Positions 39,291 through 48,690 of a stretch of 64,000 nt of DNA are shown here, piece after piece. Location: assembly GCA_001314655.1 (NCBI GenBank), contig LJSF01000014.1:1-64000 (forward strand). The letters are read 5' to 3'. Under the pieces are notes generated by a model. It was not told the origin of the DNA. It ran no database searches and worked only from the letters and a program-made list of their open reading frames with translations. Made by a program: the position numbers and the translations under genes. The stretch is from Rhodobacteraceae bacterium HLUCCA08 (GTDB lineage Bacteria > Pseudomonadota > Alphaproteobacteria > Rhodobacterales > Rhodobacteraceae). Each line of letters opens with the position of its first letter. The first letter of the stretch is position 1.

Positions 39291-40604
39291 TCAGGCGATG
39301 ATTCTCCCCGACAGGGAATTGGGCGCCGAAGCCAGCAGAACCACCGGTGCGATCGTGCCCGGCGCGATTTCGGACGCATCCACATGGACCGCGTGCAGGT
39401 ATTCGGACTTGCCCACCATCTGGCCCGGCAGGCGGCCCGGTTTCTCGAACAGCACCGACACCTCGCGCCCGACCATGGCGTCCTGCAGCGCGCGCTGCTG
39501 TTCGGTGATGCGGGCCTGCAGCCGGGCCAGGCGCTCGGCCGCGACATCCGGCGCGACCTGGCCCGCGCGCTCGGCCGCCGGGGTGCCGGGCCGGGGCGAA
39601 TACCGAAAGCTGAAGGCGGTGCCATAGCCGGCCTCGCGCAGGATCGTCATCGTGTCCTCGAAATCCGCCTCGGTCTCGCCCGGGAAACCGACGATGAAAT
39701 CGCCCGACAGGTGCAGGTCGGGGCGGGCGTCGCGGACCCGTTCGATCAGCCTCAGATAGCTTTCGGCGGTATGTTTGCGGTTCATCGCCTTGAGGATGCG
39801 GTCCGACCCCGATTGCACCGGCAGATGCAGGTAGGGCATCAGCTTCTCGACTTCGCCATGGGCCGCGATCAGGGCATCGTCCATGTCGTTGGGATGGCTG
39901 GTGGTGTAGCGGATACGCTCCAGCCCGTCGATGTCGGCCAGGGCGCGGATCAGCCCGGCCAGCCCGCCCGCATGGCCGTGATAGGCGTTCACGTTCTGGC
40001 CCAGCAGGGTGATTTCGCGCACCCCGGCCTCGACCAGGGCGCGGGCCTCGGCCAGCACCCGATCCGCCGGCCGGCTGACCTCGGCGCCGCGGGTATAGGG
40101 AACCACGCAGAAGGAACAGAACTTGTCGCAGCCTTCCTGCACGGTCAGGAACGCGGTCGGCGCGCGCCGGGCCGTGCCGCGCCCCTTCAGATGCGCGAAC
40201 TTGTCCTCTTCGGGCATGTCGGTATCGACGACCCGTTCGCCGGCCTTCAGCCGCGCCTCCATCTCCGGCAGGCGGTGATAGCTTTGCGGGCCGACCACCA
40301 GGTCGACCATCGGCTGGCGGCGGATGATCTCCTGGCCCTCGGCCTGGGCGACGCAGCCGGTCACGCCGATCTTCAGATCGGGGTTCGCGGCCTTCAGCCC
40401 CTTGTAGCGGCCCAGTTCGGAATAGACCTTTTCCGCCGCCTTTTCGCGGATATGGCAGGTGTTCAGCAGGATCATGTCCGCGTCGTCCGGCGTATCGGTC
40501 GCGACATAGCCCTGCCCGCCCAGCGCCTCGGCCATGCGTTCGCTGTCATAGACGTTCATCTGGCAGCCATAGGTCTTGATGAACAGCTTGCGGGGGCCGG
40601 ACAT
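39291..40604 (-). CDS. miaB: tRNA-2-methylthio-N6-dimethylallyladenosine synthase
   Basis: The UPF0004 N-terminus [12 protein letters not shown] and the radical-SAM motif CSFCVVP are present. Confidence 0.9.
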   Translation of the reverse strand: MSGPRKLFIKTYGCQMNVYDSERMAEALGGQGYVATDTPDDADMILLNTCHIREKAAEKVYSELGRYKGLKAANPDLKIGVTGCVAQAEGQEIIRRQPMVDLVVGPQSYHRLPEMEARLKAGERVVDTDMPEEDKFAHLKGRGTARRAPTAFLTVQEGCDKFCSFCVVPYTRGAEVSRPADRVLAEARALVEAGVREITLLGQNVNAYHGHAGGLAGLIRALADIDGLERIRYTTSHPNDMDDALIAAHGEVEKLMPYLHLPVQSGSDRILKAMNRKHTAESYLRLIERVRDARPDLHLSGDFIVGFPGETEADFEDTMTILREAGYGTAFSFRYSPRPGTPAAERAGQVAPDVAAERLARLQARITEQQRALQDAMVGREVSVLFEKPGRLPGQMVGKSEYLHAVHVDASEIAPGTIAPVVLLASAPNSLSGRIIA

Positions 40605-40720
40605 GGGGCGGGTCCTTCGGAACTGGGGCGACGTGACGTCGACATAGCCCTCCGCCGCCGCGCTTGCAATGAAGCGCCGTTTATCGGACCTTAAGGGTCG
40701 AGCAGCAACACACCGGTCCG

Positions 40721-41584
40721 ATGCGCTATTCCGACCTTTCCGGCTTTCTCAAACAAGGCAAACCGCTGCTGGCCCGCGGGCCGGTCGCGCTTGTCTTCGT
40801 CGAAGACGCGATCGAGGTCGATTCCACCCTGCGTCATCACCTCGATGCCGGGTTCCGTGCGATCATCGCCCTGGTGCCGACGCATATCGACATCGCCGCC
40901 GACGTGTCCGATCAGATCCACCGGGTCGATTACGACACGCTGGGCGAAGGCGCGGTCGCCGGGGCGCTGAACGCGGTGATGGGCGCGGCCGGGGATATCT
41001 GGCTGTTCTACTGCTTCAACGCCGAATACCTGTTCTACCCGTTCTGCGAACACCGCAGCGTCGGAGAGATGCTGGCCTTCCACACCGAGGAACGGCGCAA
41101 CGCGATGCTGACCTATGTGGTCGACCTGTATGCCGACGACCTGTGGACCTACCCCGAGGCGGTATCGCTGGAGGATGCCCACCTGGACCGGTCGGGCTAT
41201 TACGCCCTGGCCCGCAAGGACAAGTGGAACAACGACATCGACCGGCAGCTGGATTTCTTCGGCGGATTGCGCTGGCGCTTCGAGGAACACATCCCCAAGC
41301 CGCGGCGCCGGATCGACCGGATCGGGCTGTTCCGCAACCGGCCCGGCCTGCAATTCCGGCCCGACCACACCTTCAGCGATCCCGAATACAACACCTATTC
41401 CTGCCCCTGGCACCATTCGCTGACCGCGGCGATCTGTTCGTTCCGCACCGCCAAGGCGCTGAAACGCAATCCCGGCAGCACCTTCGAGATCGACACCTTC
41501 ATGTGGCACAATTCGGCCCCGTTCACCTGGCATTCCCAGCAATTGCTGGACCTGGGGCTGATGGAGCCGGGGCAGTGGTTCTGA
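40721..41584 (+). CDS. Conserved hypothetical protein
   Basis: 287 aa and soluble, with aromatic and Cys/His-rich motifs ([23 protein letters not shown]). No family is recognised. Confidence 0.45.
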   Translation: MRYSDLSGFLKQGKPLLARGPVALVFVEDAIEVDSTLRHHLDAGFRAIIALVPTHIDIAADVSDQIHRVDYDTLGEGAVAGALNAVMGAAGDIWLFYCFNAEYLFYPFCEHRSVGEMLAFHTEERRNAMLTYVVDLYADDLWTYPEAVSLEDAHLDRSGYYALARKDKWNNDIDRQLDFFGGLRWRFEEHIPKPRRRIDRIGLFRNRPGLQFRPDHTFSDPEYNTYSCPWHHSLTAAICSFRTAKALKRNPGSTFEIDTFMWHNSAPFTWHSQQLLDLGLMEPGQWF

Positions 41585-41614
41585 CGGCGCCTGCCTGAAC
41601 TGGCCTTTCTGACC

Positions 41615-41662
41615 GGGCCTATCTGGCCGGGCCTATCTGATCGGGCCTATCTGATCGGGCGG
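41615..41662. repeat. Tandem ~13-bp direct repeat (CGGGCCTATCTGR x4)
   Basis: The sequence ccgggcctatctggccgggcctatctgatcgggcctatctgatcgggcgg is seen directly, immediately downstream of the RAYT-like gene. Confidence 0.8.
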
Positions 41663-41686
41663 TGGCCCCGTGGCGGGTCGGACGAT

Positions 41687-42154
41687 TCAGGCCGCGACCG
41701 GGTCCGCCCGCGGTGCGCCGCGCCGATGCAGCGACGACCAGGCCCAGTCTTCGGCCCGCTGCACCAGGCCGGCGCGCACCGGCGCGTCCAGAACCGCGCG
41801 GGTCCGGGCGGCCAGCATCGTGTCGGGCACGATCGCTTCCTGCACGGTCGGATCCCACAACGCCGCGCTGTCGCCCGCGCCGCAATGGCGGGCAAAGGCC
41901 GACCGGATCAGCCGCAGCCGTGGCGCCATCGGCGCATCCTCCGGCAATCGGCACAGCAGGTGGAATTCGGACGGCAGGATACAGGCGGCGGCGATCTCGA
42001 ACGGATACCGGTGCCGGGCCAGGGCCACGCAATCGCGCAGCAGGGCAATGCGCCGGACCAGCAGGTCCGAGGCCGGATCGGCCAGGCGCAGGGTCACGGC
42101 GACATGGGTGAGGCGGGGCGTGGAATGCGGGCTCTGGATCATGGCAAGAACCAT
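41687..42154 (-). CDS. REP-associated tyrosine transposase-like (TnpA_REP / IS200-Y1 family), possibly degenerate
   Basis: 155 aa. The HuH-like HLL motif appears in ILPSEFHLLCRLPED. The C-terminus ...AGLVQRAEDWAWSS matches the RAYT C-terminal NPV.AGLV..DY.WSS. The usual catalytic Tyr context (WQ..[FY][HY]D) reads ALWDPTVQEAI here, with no Tyr. Confidence 0.55.
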   Translation of the reverse strand: MVLAMIQSPHSTPRLTHVAVTLRLADPASDLLVRRIALLRDCVALARHRYPFEIAAACILPSEFHLLCRLPEDAPMAPRLRLIRSAFARHCGAGDSAALWDPTVQEAIVPDTMLAARTRAVLDAPVRAGLVQRAEDWAWSSLHRRGAPRADPVAA

Positions 42155-42223
42155 GGGCCCGACTCGGTTAACGCCTGGTGAATCGCGGTTGGTGAATGCC
42201 GGCGGTCCGGGGTCGGGCCGGCC

Positions 42224-42700
42224 TCAGGTCCGGCGCAGGCGGATCACCACGTCGACCTTGGCGATCTCGGCCCCGTCGGGGGCATCGGGCACGCGGGCGA
42301 TTTCCAGTTGTTCGGATGGGGCATCGGTCAGCCGGCCGTCTTCTTCCCAGTAGAAATGCGGGTGGTCGGACATGTTGGTGTCGAAATAGGACCGGGTGCC
42401 GTCGACCGTGATCTCGCGCATCAGACCGGCTTCGCAGAAGGCGCGCAAGGTGTTGTAGACCGTGGCCAGCGACACTTTCTCGCCGGCGGCTTCGGCGGCA
42501 TCGAACAGGCTTTCGGCGGTCACATGGCGGTCATGGCCATCGCCGACCAGAAGGTTCGCCAGGGCAAGACGCTGACGTGTCGGGCGCAACCCGACCCGGC
42601 CCAGCCAGTCCTGGCCGCGCTGTCTTGCGATATCGCCCTGCTTTACGGTCACGACGCTGCGCTCCCCTTTCGTCGGCTTCTGAGGCAGCATATGTGACAA
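42224..42700 (-). CDS. irr: Fur-family transcriptional regulator, probably the iron response regulator Irr
   Basis: It has the Fur fold with a winged helix and an HPH/His-rich region. Divergent placement upstream of fabA-fabB-fabI is the arrangement typical of alphaproteobacteria. Confidence 0.6.
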   Translation of the reverse strand: MSHMLPQKPTKGERSVVTVKQGDIARQRGQDWLGRVGLRPTRQRLALANLLVGDGHDRHVTAESLFDAAEAAGEKVSLATVYNTLRAFCEAGLMREITVDGTRSYFDTNMSDHPHFYWEEDGRLTDAPSEQLEIARVPDAPDGAEIAKVDVVIRLRRT

Positions 42701-42828
42701 ACCACCTAGATTTCAACCGTGACGACACAGGCCGCGACCGGCCCGACAGCCCGGGCCGGCCTTGCCCTGAGAACGGCGCCGGTGATAGAGGGCAGGAAAG
42801 CCCAGTCCAGGGAAGGGACCGACCACTC

Positions 42829-43338
42829 ATGTCCGACTACCCCCGCCGGTTCGACCGCGAGGACCTGTTGAAATGCGCCCGGGGCGAATTGTTCGGCCCC
42901 GGCAATGCGCAATTGCCCGAACCGCCGATGCTGATGATGGACCGGATCACCGATATCTCGGGCGATGCGGGCAAACACGGCAAGGGCCACGTGGTGGCCG
43001 AGTTCGACATCACACCCGACCTGTGGTTCTTTGACTGTCACTTTCCCGGCAACCCGATCATGCCCGGGTGTCTGGGGCTGGACGGGCTGTGGCAATTGAC
43101 CGGGTTCAACCTGGGCTGGCGCGGCTGGCAGGGGCGCGGCTATGCGCTGGGCGTCGGCGAGGTCAAGCTCAAGGGCATGGTGCGCCCGGACCGCAAGATG
43201 CTGACCTATCACGTGGATTTCACCAAGGCGGTGCAGACCCGGCGCCTGACCATGGGCGTCGCCGACGGCATCGTCGAGGCCGATGGCGAAGTGATCTACG
43301 AGGTCAGGGACATGAAGGTCGCGCTCAGCGAAAGCTGA
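42829..43338 (+). CDS. fabA: 3-hydroxydecanoyl-ACP dehydratase/isomerase
   Basis: The active-site context ...[17 protein letters not shown]... is present. The start at ATG 42829 has a GGAAGGGA RBS. Confidence 0.9.
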   Translation: MSDYPRRFDREDLLKCARGELFGPGNAQLPEPPMLMMDRITDISGDAGKHGKGHVVAEFDITPDLWFFDCHFPGNPIMPGCLGLDGLWQLTGFNLGWRGWQGRGYALGVGEVKLKGMVRPDRKMLTYHVDFTKAVQTRRLTMGVADGIVEADGEVIYEVRDMKVALSES

Positions 43339-43360
43339 GGCATATCGAGGGAGAGCGCTC

Positions 43361-44590
43361 ATGCGCCGCGTCGTCGTCACAGGGCTTGGCATCGTATCGC
43401 CCATCGGAAACACCGCCGCCGAGGTGGATGCCGCCCTGCGCGCCGGAACCTCGGGGATCGAGGCCGTGCCGGACATGGCCGAACACGGCTTTCGCAGCCA
43501 GATCGCCGGCACCGTCAAGATCGACCCGGCCGAACATGTCGACAAACGCGCCCTGCGGTTCATGGGGCCGGGGGCGGCCTATGCCCATATCGCGATGTCC
43601 CAGGCGATCGCCGATGCGGGGCTGGAGGAACGCGATGTCGTCAACCCGCGCACCGGGCTGATCGCCGGCTCGGGCGGGCCCTCCACCTCTGCCATGTTCG
43701 CCGCCCATCAGACCGTGCTGGACAAGGGCAGCCCGAAACGCATCGGGCCCTTCGCGGTGCCGAAATGCATGTCCTCGACCATCAGCGCCAACCTGGCCAC
43801 CGCCTTTCGGATCAAGGGGATCAACTACTCGATCACCTCGGCCTGTTCGACCAGCCTGCACTGCATCGGCGCGGCGGCCGAACAGATCCTGCTGGGCAAG
43901 CAGGACGTGATGTTCGCCGGCGGCGGAGAGGAACTGGACTGGACCCTGTCCTGCCTGTTCGACGCCATGGGCGCCATGAGCTCTCGGCGCAACGACGCGC
44001 CGCAGACAGCCAGCCGCGCCTTCGACGCCGATCGCGACGGCTTCGTCATCGCCGGCGGCGGCGGCATCCTGGTGCTCGAGGACCTGGAGCACGCCCGCGC
44101 CCGCGGCGCGACGATCCATGCCGAGGTCACCGGGTTCGCCGCCACCTCGGACGGCCACGACATGGTCGCCCCCTCGGGCGAAGGCGCCGAACGGGCCATG
44201 GCGCTGGCGCTGGCCACCCTGCCCAAGGGCCGCGCGGTCAGCTATATCAACGCCCATGGCACCTCGACCGGCGCCGGCGACCTCCCCGAGATCGAGGCCG
44301 TGCGCCGCGCCTTTGCCGGCCGCACCCAGCCGCCGGTCAGTTCGACCAAGTCGATGACCGGCCACGCCCAGGGCGCCGCCGGCGCGCTCGAGGCGGTGTT
44401 CTGCCTGCTGATGCTCAAGGGCGACTACATCACCCCGTCGATCAATATCGACACGCTCGACCCGGCGATCGAGCCGGGCGAAATCGCCACCGCGCTGGTC
44501 GAAAACGTCGGCCACGATACGATCATGACCAATTCCTTCGGTTTCGGCGGGACGAACGGGTCGATGTTGCTCTCCAGGTTCCGGGATTGA
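43361..44590 (+). CDS. fabB: 3-oxoacyl-ACP synthase I
   Basis: The active Cys is in ACSTSLH, and the His/His region GHAQGAAG is present. 409 aa. Confidence 0.9.
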   Translation: MRRVVVTGLGIVSPIGNTAAEVDAALRAGTSGIEAVPDMAEHGFRSQIAGTVKIDPAEHVDKRALRFMGPGAAYAHIAMSQAIADAGLEERDVVNPRTGLIAGSGGPSTSAMFAAHQTVLDKGSPKRIGPFAVPKCMSSTISANLATAFRIKGINYSITSACSTSLHCIGAAAEQILLGKQDVMFAGGGEELDWTLSCLFDAMGAMSSRRNDAPQTASRAFDADRDGFVIAGGGGILVLEDLEHARARGATIHAEVTGFAATSDGHDMVAPSGEGAERAMALALATLPKGRAVSYINAHGTSTGAGDLPEIEAVRRAFAGRTQPPVSSTKSMTGHAQGAAGALEAVFCLLMLKGDYITPSINIDTLDPAIEPGEIATALVENVGHDTIMTNSFGFGGTNGSMLLSRFRD

Positions 44591-44594
44591 CCGA

Positions 44595-45383
44595 ATGACG
44601 ATTTCACTGAACGGCAAGCGCGGCTTGATCATGGGCGTGGCCAATGACCGCTCCATCGCCTGGGGCATCGCCCGCGCCATGCACGAGGCCGGGGCCGAGC
44701 TGGCCTTTTCCTACCAGGGCGAACAATTGCTCAAGCGGGTCGGTCCGCTGGCCGAAAGCCTCGGCTCGGACCTGTTGGTCGAGTCCGACGTGACGGACGA
44801 TGCCTCGCTCGATGCCTGTTTCGCCGAACTGGCCGACCGCTGGGGAAAGATCGATTTCCTGGTCCATGCCATCGCCTTTTCCGACAAGTCGGAACTGACC
44901 GGGCGGATCACCAACACCACCCGCGGCAATTTCCGCAATTCGATGGAGATCAGCTGCTACAGCTTCATCGACGTCAGCAAACGCGCGGCCGAGATCATGC
45001 CCGATGGCGGCGCGCTGATGACCATGACCTACCAGGGATCGACCCGGGTCACGCCGAATTACAACGTGATGGGCGTGGCCAAGGCGGCGCTGGAATCGGC
45101 GACCCGGTATCTGGCCGCCGACCTCGGCCCGCAGGGGATCCGCGTCAACGCGATCAGCCCCGGCCCGATGAAGACCCTCGCCGGGGCCGCCATCGCCGGC
45201 GCCCGGCGCACCTTCAAACATACCGAGGCGAATTCCCCGCTGCGCGCCAATGCCACGCTCGAGGCGATCGGCGGCACCGCGGTCTATCTGGCCTCGGACG
45301 CCGGGGCCTGCACCAGCGGCGAAATCCTCCGTGTCGATTGCGGCTATCACGTCATGGGCATGCCGATCCTGGAAAATCTCTGA
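44595..45383 (+). CDS. fabI: Enoyl-ACP reductase (NADH)
   Basis: The NAD-binding region GVANDRSIAWGIA is present, within the SDR fold and the Tyr/Lys catalytic region. Confidence 0.9.
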   Translation: MTISLNGKRGLIMGVANDRSIAWGIARAMHEAGAELAFSYQGEQLLKRVGPLAESLGSDLLVESDVTDDASLDACFAELADRWGKIDFLVHAIAFSDKSELTGRITNTTRGNFRNSMEISCYSFIDVSKRAAEIMPDGGALMTMTYQGSTRVTPNYNVMGVAKAALESATRYLAADLGPQGIRVNAISPGPMKTLAGAAIAGARRTFKHTEANSPLRANATLEAIGGTAVYLASDAGACTSGEILRVDCGYHVMGMPILENL

Positions 45384-46180
45384 TGACAGCGGCGGCGCTG
45401 GTCCTGGGGGGGCTGGCGCTGTGCGCGGGGCTGGCATTCGCCTTGCGCGGCGGGCTGCGCTCCTACCGGCGCACCCGGGTGATCGGGCTGGACCCGGGCG
45501 GGCTGGTGATGTCGGGCATCGCCGTGGCGGTGGCGATGTATCTGTTCGGGCCCTTGTTCGGGCTGGCCCTGACCCTGGTCGTCGTGCTGCACGAATTCGG
45601 CCATGTCGCCGCGTTCCGGGCGATCGGCCACGCGGATGCGCGGTTCCGGCTGATCCCGTTGCTGGGCGGGGTGGCGATTTCCGACCGGGCACCGGACACG
45701 CCCGCCAAGGCCGCCTTCGTGACCCTGATGGGCCCGGCGATCGGGCTGGGGCCGATGCTGGTCGCCTATGGGCTCGCCCCCTGGGCCAGCACGGTGGACC
45801 CCAATCTGGGCCTGTTCCTGGTGACCTTCGCCACCGTCGCCGGGGCGCTGAACCTGCTGAACCTGCTGCCGGTCTGGCCACTGGATGGCGGGCGGCTGGC
45901 GGGGCTGGTCGGCGGCGCCTTCTGGCCGCCGCTGCCGATGCTGATCGGTGCGGCCTCGGTCGCCGCGCTGACGATCCTGGCGATCGTCGCGAAATCGCTG
46001 ATCCTGGGGGTGCTGGCCATCATCGGCCTGCAGAACCTGATCGTCCACGGCGCGGATGAAATGCGCGCGCCGGGACGGCAGATGCCAAGGCGACAGGCCG
46101 TTCTGGTCCTGGCCGCCTGGGCCGCGACGGCCGCCACGCTGTTCGCGGGCGGCCTGCCGCTGATCCAGAGGGTGCTTTAG
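45383..46180 (+). CDS. M50-family (site-2 protease-like) membrane metalloprotease
   Basis: HEFGH sits in a TM helix, with further TM helices downstream. The start ATG overlaps the fabI stop as TGATG. Confidence 0.7.
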   Translation: MTAAALVLGGLALCAGLAFALRGGLRSYRRTRVIGLDPGGLVMSGIAVAVAMYLFGPLFGLALTLVVVLHEFGHVAAFRAIGHADARFRLIPLLGGVAISDRAPDTPAKAAFVTLMGPAIGLGPMLVAYGLAPWASTVDPNLGLFLVTFATVAGALNLLNLLPVWPLDGGRLAGLVGGAFWPPLPMLIGAASVAALTILAIVAKSLILGVLAIIGLQNLIVHGADEMRAPGRQMPRRQAVLVLAAWAATAATLFAGGLPLIQRVL

Positions 46181-46629
46181 GCCCCGTTGATCTCGACCAG
46201 CTCGACCGCAAAGACCAGGTCCTTGCCGGCCAGCGGGTGATTGGCATCCAGCGTCACCTCGGTCTCGGTCACTTCGGTCACCACGACCGGAACCGCCTGG
46301 CCCGACGGCGCCTGCATCTGCAATTGCAGACCGACTTCCAGCGGGATTTCCGGCGGCACCTGGTCGCGCGGGACCGCCTGGGTGGCGTCGGGGTTGACCG
46401 GGCCATAGGCCTCGTCGCTGGGGATCTCGACCGTCTTCTTGTCGCCGACCTGCATGCCCGGCATCGCCTTGTCCAGACCCGGAATGATCTGGCCCGATCC
46501 GACGGTGAATTCCAGCGGCTCGCGCCCTTCGGAACTGTCGAAGGGTTCGCCGTTGGTCAGCGTTCCGGTGTAGTGAATGCGCACGGTGTCGCCAGTCTTG
46601 ACCTGGGTCATCAAAGCCTCGTTCGTCAT
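46177..46629 (-). CDS. FKBP-type peptidyl-prolyl cis-trans isomerase (SlyD/FkpB-like)
   Basis: It has an FKBP domain with an inserted flap. It is 150 aa, or 144 aa if MTQVKTGD is the start. Confidence 0.8.
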   Translation of the reverse strand: MTNEALMTQVKTGDTVRIHYTGTLTNGEPFDSSEGREPLEFTVGSGQIIPGLDKAMPGMQVGDKKTVEIPSDEAYGPVNPDATQAVPRDQVPPEIPLEVGLQLQMQAPSGQAVPVVVTEVTETEVTLDANHPLAGKDLVFAVELVEINGA

Positions 46630-46772
46630 GGTGGGGGATGAATGTCGAAGGCCGCTTTGCGTCGCGGGTGCTTCGTCTCGGGGGTCAGCCTACCGGCTGT
46701 GCCGCGGGGATGCAAACCGCCCTTTCGCCCGGGGTCCGCCCGTGCCAGTCTTTGCCCAAACCGGAGGACGCC

Positions 46773-46901
46773 ATGACGATCCGCGCCTGCGTCTTCGACG
46801 CTTATGGAACCCTGTTCGACGTGGCCGCCGCCGCGCGCAGGGCCGCGGCCGAGCCGGCCCATGTCATCGACGACCTGACCGGGCTGGAGCGCCTGTTCTG
46901 A
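46773..46901 (+). pseudogene. N-terminal fragment of a haloacid dehalogenase-type (HAD) hydrolase
   Basis: MTIRACVFDAYGTLFDV is HAD motif I, but the ORF is only 42 aa before a stop. The next gene starts at the overlapping TGATG. Confidence 0.5.
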
Positions 46902-47713
46902 TGCCGCAATTCACCACCCCCGACGGCGTGTCGATCCACTTTACCGATGCCGGCAGCGGGCCGGCCGTGCTGGCGATTCCCGGCCTGACCCGCAATACCG
47001 GCGATTTCGACCATGTCGCCCCGCATCTGCCGGTGCGGCTGATCCGGATCGACCTGCGCGGTCGCGGCCGGTCGGGCCGGGCGGACCCCGCGACCTATAC
47101 CGTCCCGCACGAGGCACAGGACGTGCTGGGGCTGATGGATCACCTCGGCCTCGACCGCGCCGCGATCCTGGGCACCTCGCGCGGGGGGGTGATCGCCATG
47201 GCCCTGGCCGCCGGCGCAAGACACCGTCTGACCGGCGTCGCCCTGGTCGATATCGGCCCCGAGATCGCGCCCGGGGGGCTGGCCGTCATCGCCTCCTATG
47301 TCGGCAAGCCCCCGGCGCAGAAAACCTGGGACGAAGCCGCCCGGTTCCGCGCCCGCACCTGGAGCGGGTTCACCGATGTCCCGATGGAGCGCTGGCTGCA
47401 CGAGGTCCGCAACCATTACGAGCAAACCCCCGACGGCCTTGCCCTGCGCTATGATCCCGCCCTTGGTGATGCCTTCAAGGACGGCGCCCAGCCGGTGCCG
47501 GACATGTGGCCGCTGTTCGACGCGATGGCGGGCCTGCCGCTGGTCCTGATCCGCGGCGCCAATTCCGACCTTCTGACCACCGACACCGCGGCCGAGATGC
47601 GCCGCCGCCGCCCGGACATGATCCGTGCCGATGTGCCCGGCCGCGGCCATGTGCCCTTTCTGGATGAACCCGAGGCGCTTGCCGCCCTTCACGACTGGAT
47701 CGCCCGCCTATGA
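46901..47713 (+). CDS. Alpha/beta-fold hydrolase
   Basis: The nucleophile elbow GTSRGG and an HGxP-like start are present. 270 aa. Confidence 0.75.
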   Translation: MPQFTTPDGVSIHFTDAGSGPAVLAIPGLTRNTGDFDHVAPHLPVRLIRIDLRGRGRSGRADPATYTVPHEAQDVLGLMDHLGLDRAAILGTSRGGVIAMALAAGARHRLTGVALVDIGPEIAPGGLAVIASYVGKPPAQKTWDEAARFRARTWSGFTDVPMERWLHEVRNHYEQTPDGLALRYDPALGDAFKDGAQPVPDMWPLFDAMAGLPLVLIRGANSDLLTTDTAAEMRRRRPDMIRADVPGRGHVPFLDEPEALAALHDWIARL

Positions 47714-48690
47714 ACATCGACATGATCCGCGCCGCCGCCGGTCGGCTGGAGGGCCATGCCCGGCGCACCCCGCTGCTCAATTCGCCCTTCCTCGACAAGA
47801 TCGCCGGGCGGCGGGTCTGGGTGAAACCCGAATGCCTGCAGCATACCGGCAGCTTCAAGTTCCGCGGCGCCTGGTCGGCCCTGTCGGCGCTGGATGACGC
47901 CACCCGTGCCCGCGGCGTGATCGCCTTTTCCTCGGGCAACCATGCGCAGGGCGTCGCCATGGCCGCCGGGCTGCACGGCGTGCCGGCGGTGATCGTCATG
48001 CCCTCGGACGCGCCCGCGCTCAAGATCGCCAATACCCGCGCCCTGGGGGCAAAGGTCATCCTGTATGACCGCGCCACCCAGGACCGGGACGAGATCGGCG
48101 CCCGCGTCGCCGCCGAAAGCGGCCTGACCCTGGTCAAGCCCTTCGACGACCCGCAGGTGATCGCCGGCCAGGGCACGACCGGGCTGGAGATTGCGCAGCA
48201 GGCCGCCGAACAGGGCATCGACACGGCCGAGGTGCTGGTCTGCACCGGCGGCGGGGGCCTGTGTTCCGGCATCGCCCTGGCGCTCGAGGCCGAGGCGCCC
48301 GGCCTCACCGTCCGCCCGGTCGAACCGGACGGCTTCGACGACGTGGCCCGGTCGCTCGCCGCCGGCGCGGTCCGGCGCAATGACCGGCTGTCGGGCAGCA
48401 TCTGCGACGCGATCCTGACCCCGGCGCCCGGCGATCTGACCTTTCCGATCCTCGCCCGGCTTTGCGGCCCCGGCCTGACCGTGACCGAGGACCAGGCGTT
48501 GCAGGCCATGGCCCAGGCCTTCCTGCGGCTGAAACTCGTGGCCGAACCGGGCGGCGCCGTGGCCCTGGCCGCAGCGCTTTTTCGCCCGGACGACATCGCC
48601 GGTGACGACGTGATCGTCACCATCTCGGGCGGTAACGTGGATCCGGCCATGTTCGCCCGCGCCCTGACCACGCTGGAGACCCCGTCATGA
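47710..48690 (+). CDS. PLP-dependent serine/threonine dehydratase-family enzyme (fold-type II)
   Basis: The PLP Lys is in HTGSFKFRGA, and the GGGGL Gly-rich loop is present. Confidence 0.8.
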   Translation: MNIDMIRAAAGRLEGHARRTPLLNSPFLDKIAGRRVWVKPECLQHTGSFKFRGAWSALSALDDATRARGVIAFSSGNHAQGVAMAAGLHGVPAVIVMPSDAPALKIANTRALGAKVILYDRATQDRDEIGARVAAESGLTLVKPFDDPQVIAGQGTTGLEIAQQAAEQGIDTAEVLVCTGGGGLCSGIALALEAEAPGLTVRPVEPDGFDDVARSLAAGAVRRNDRLSGSICDAILTPAPGDLTFPILARLCGPGLTVTEDQALQAMAQAFLRLKLVAEPGGAVALAAALFRPDDIAGDDVIVTISGGNVDPAMFARALTTLETPS

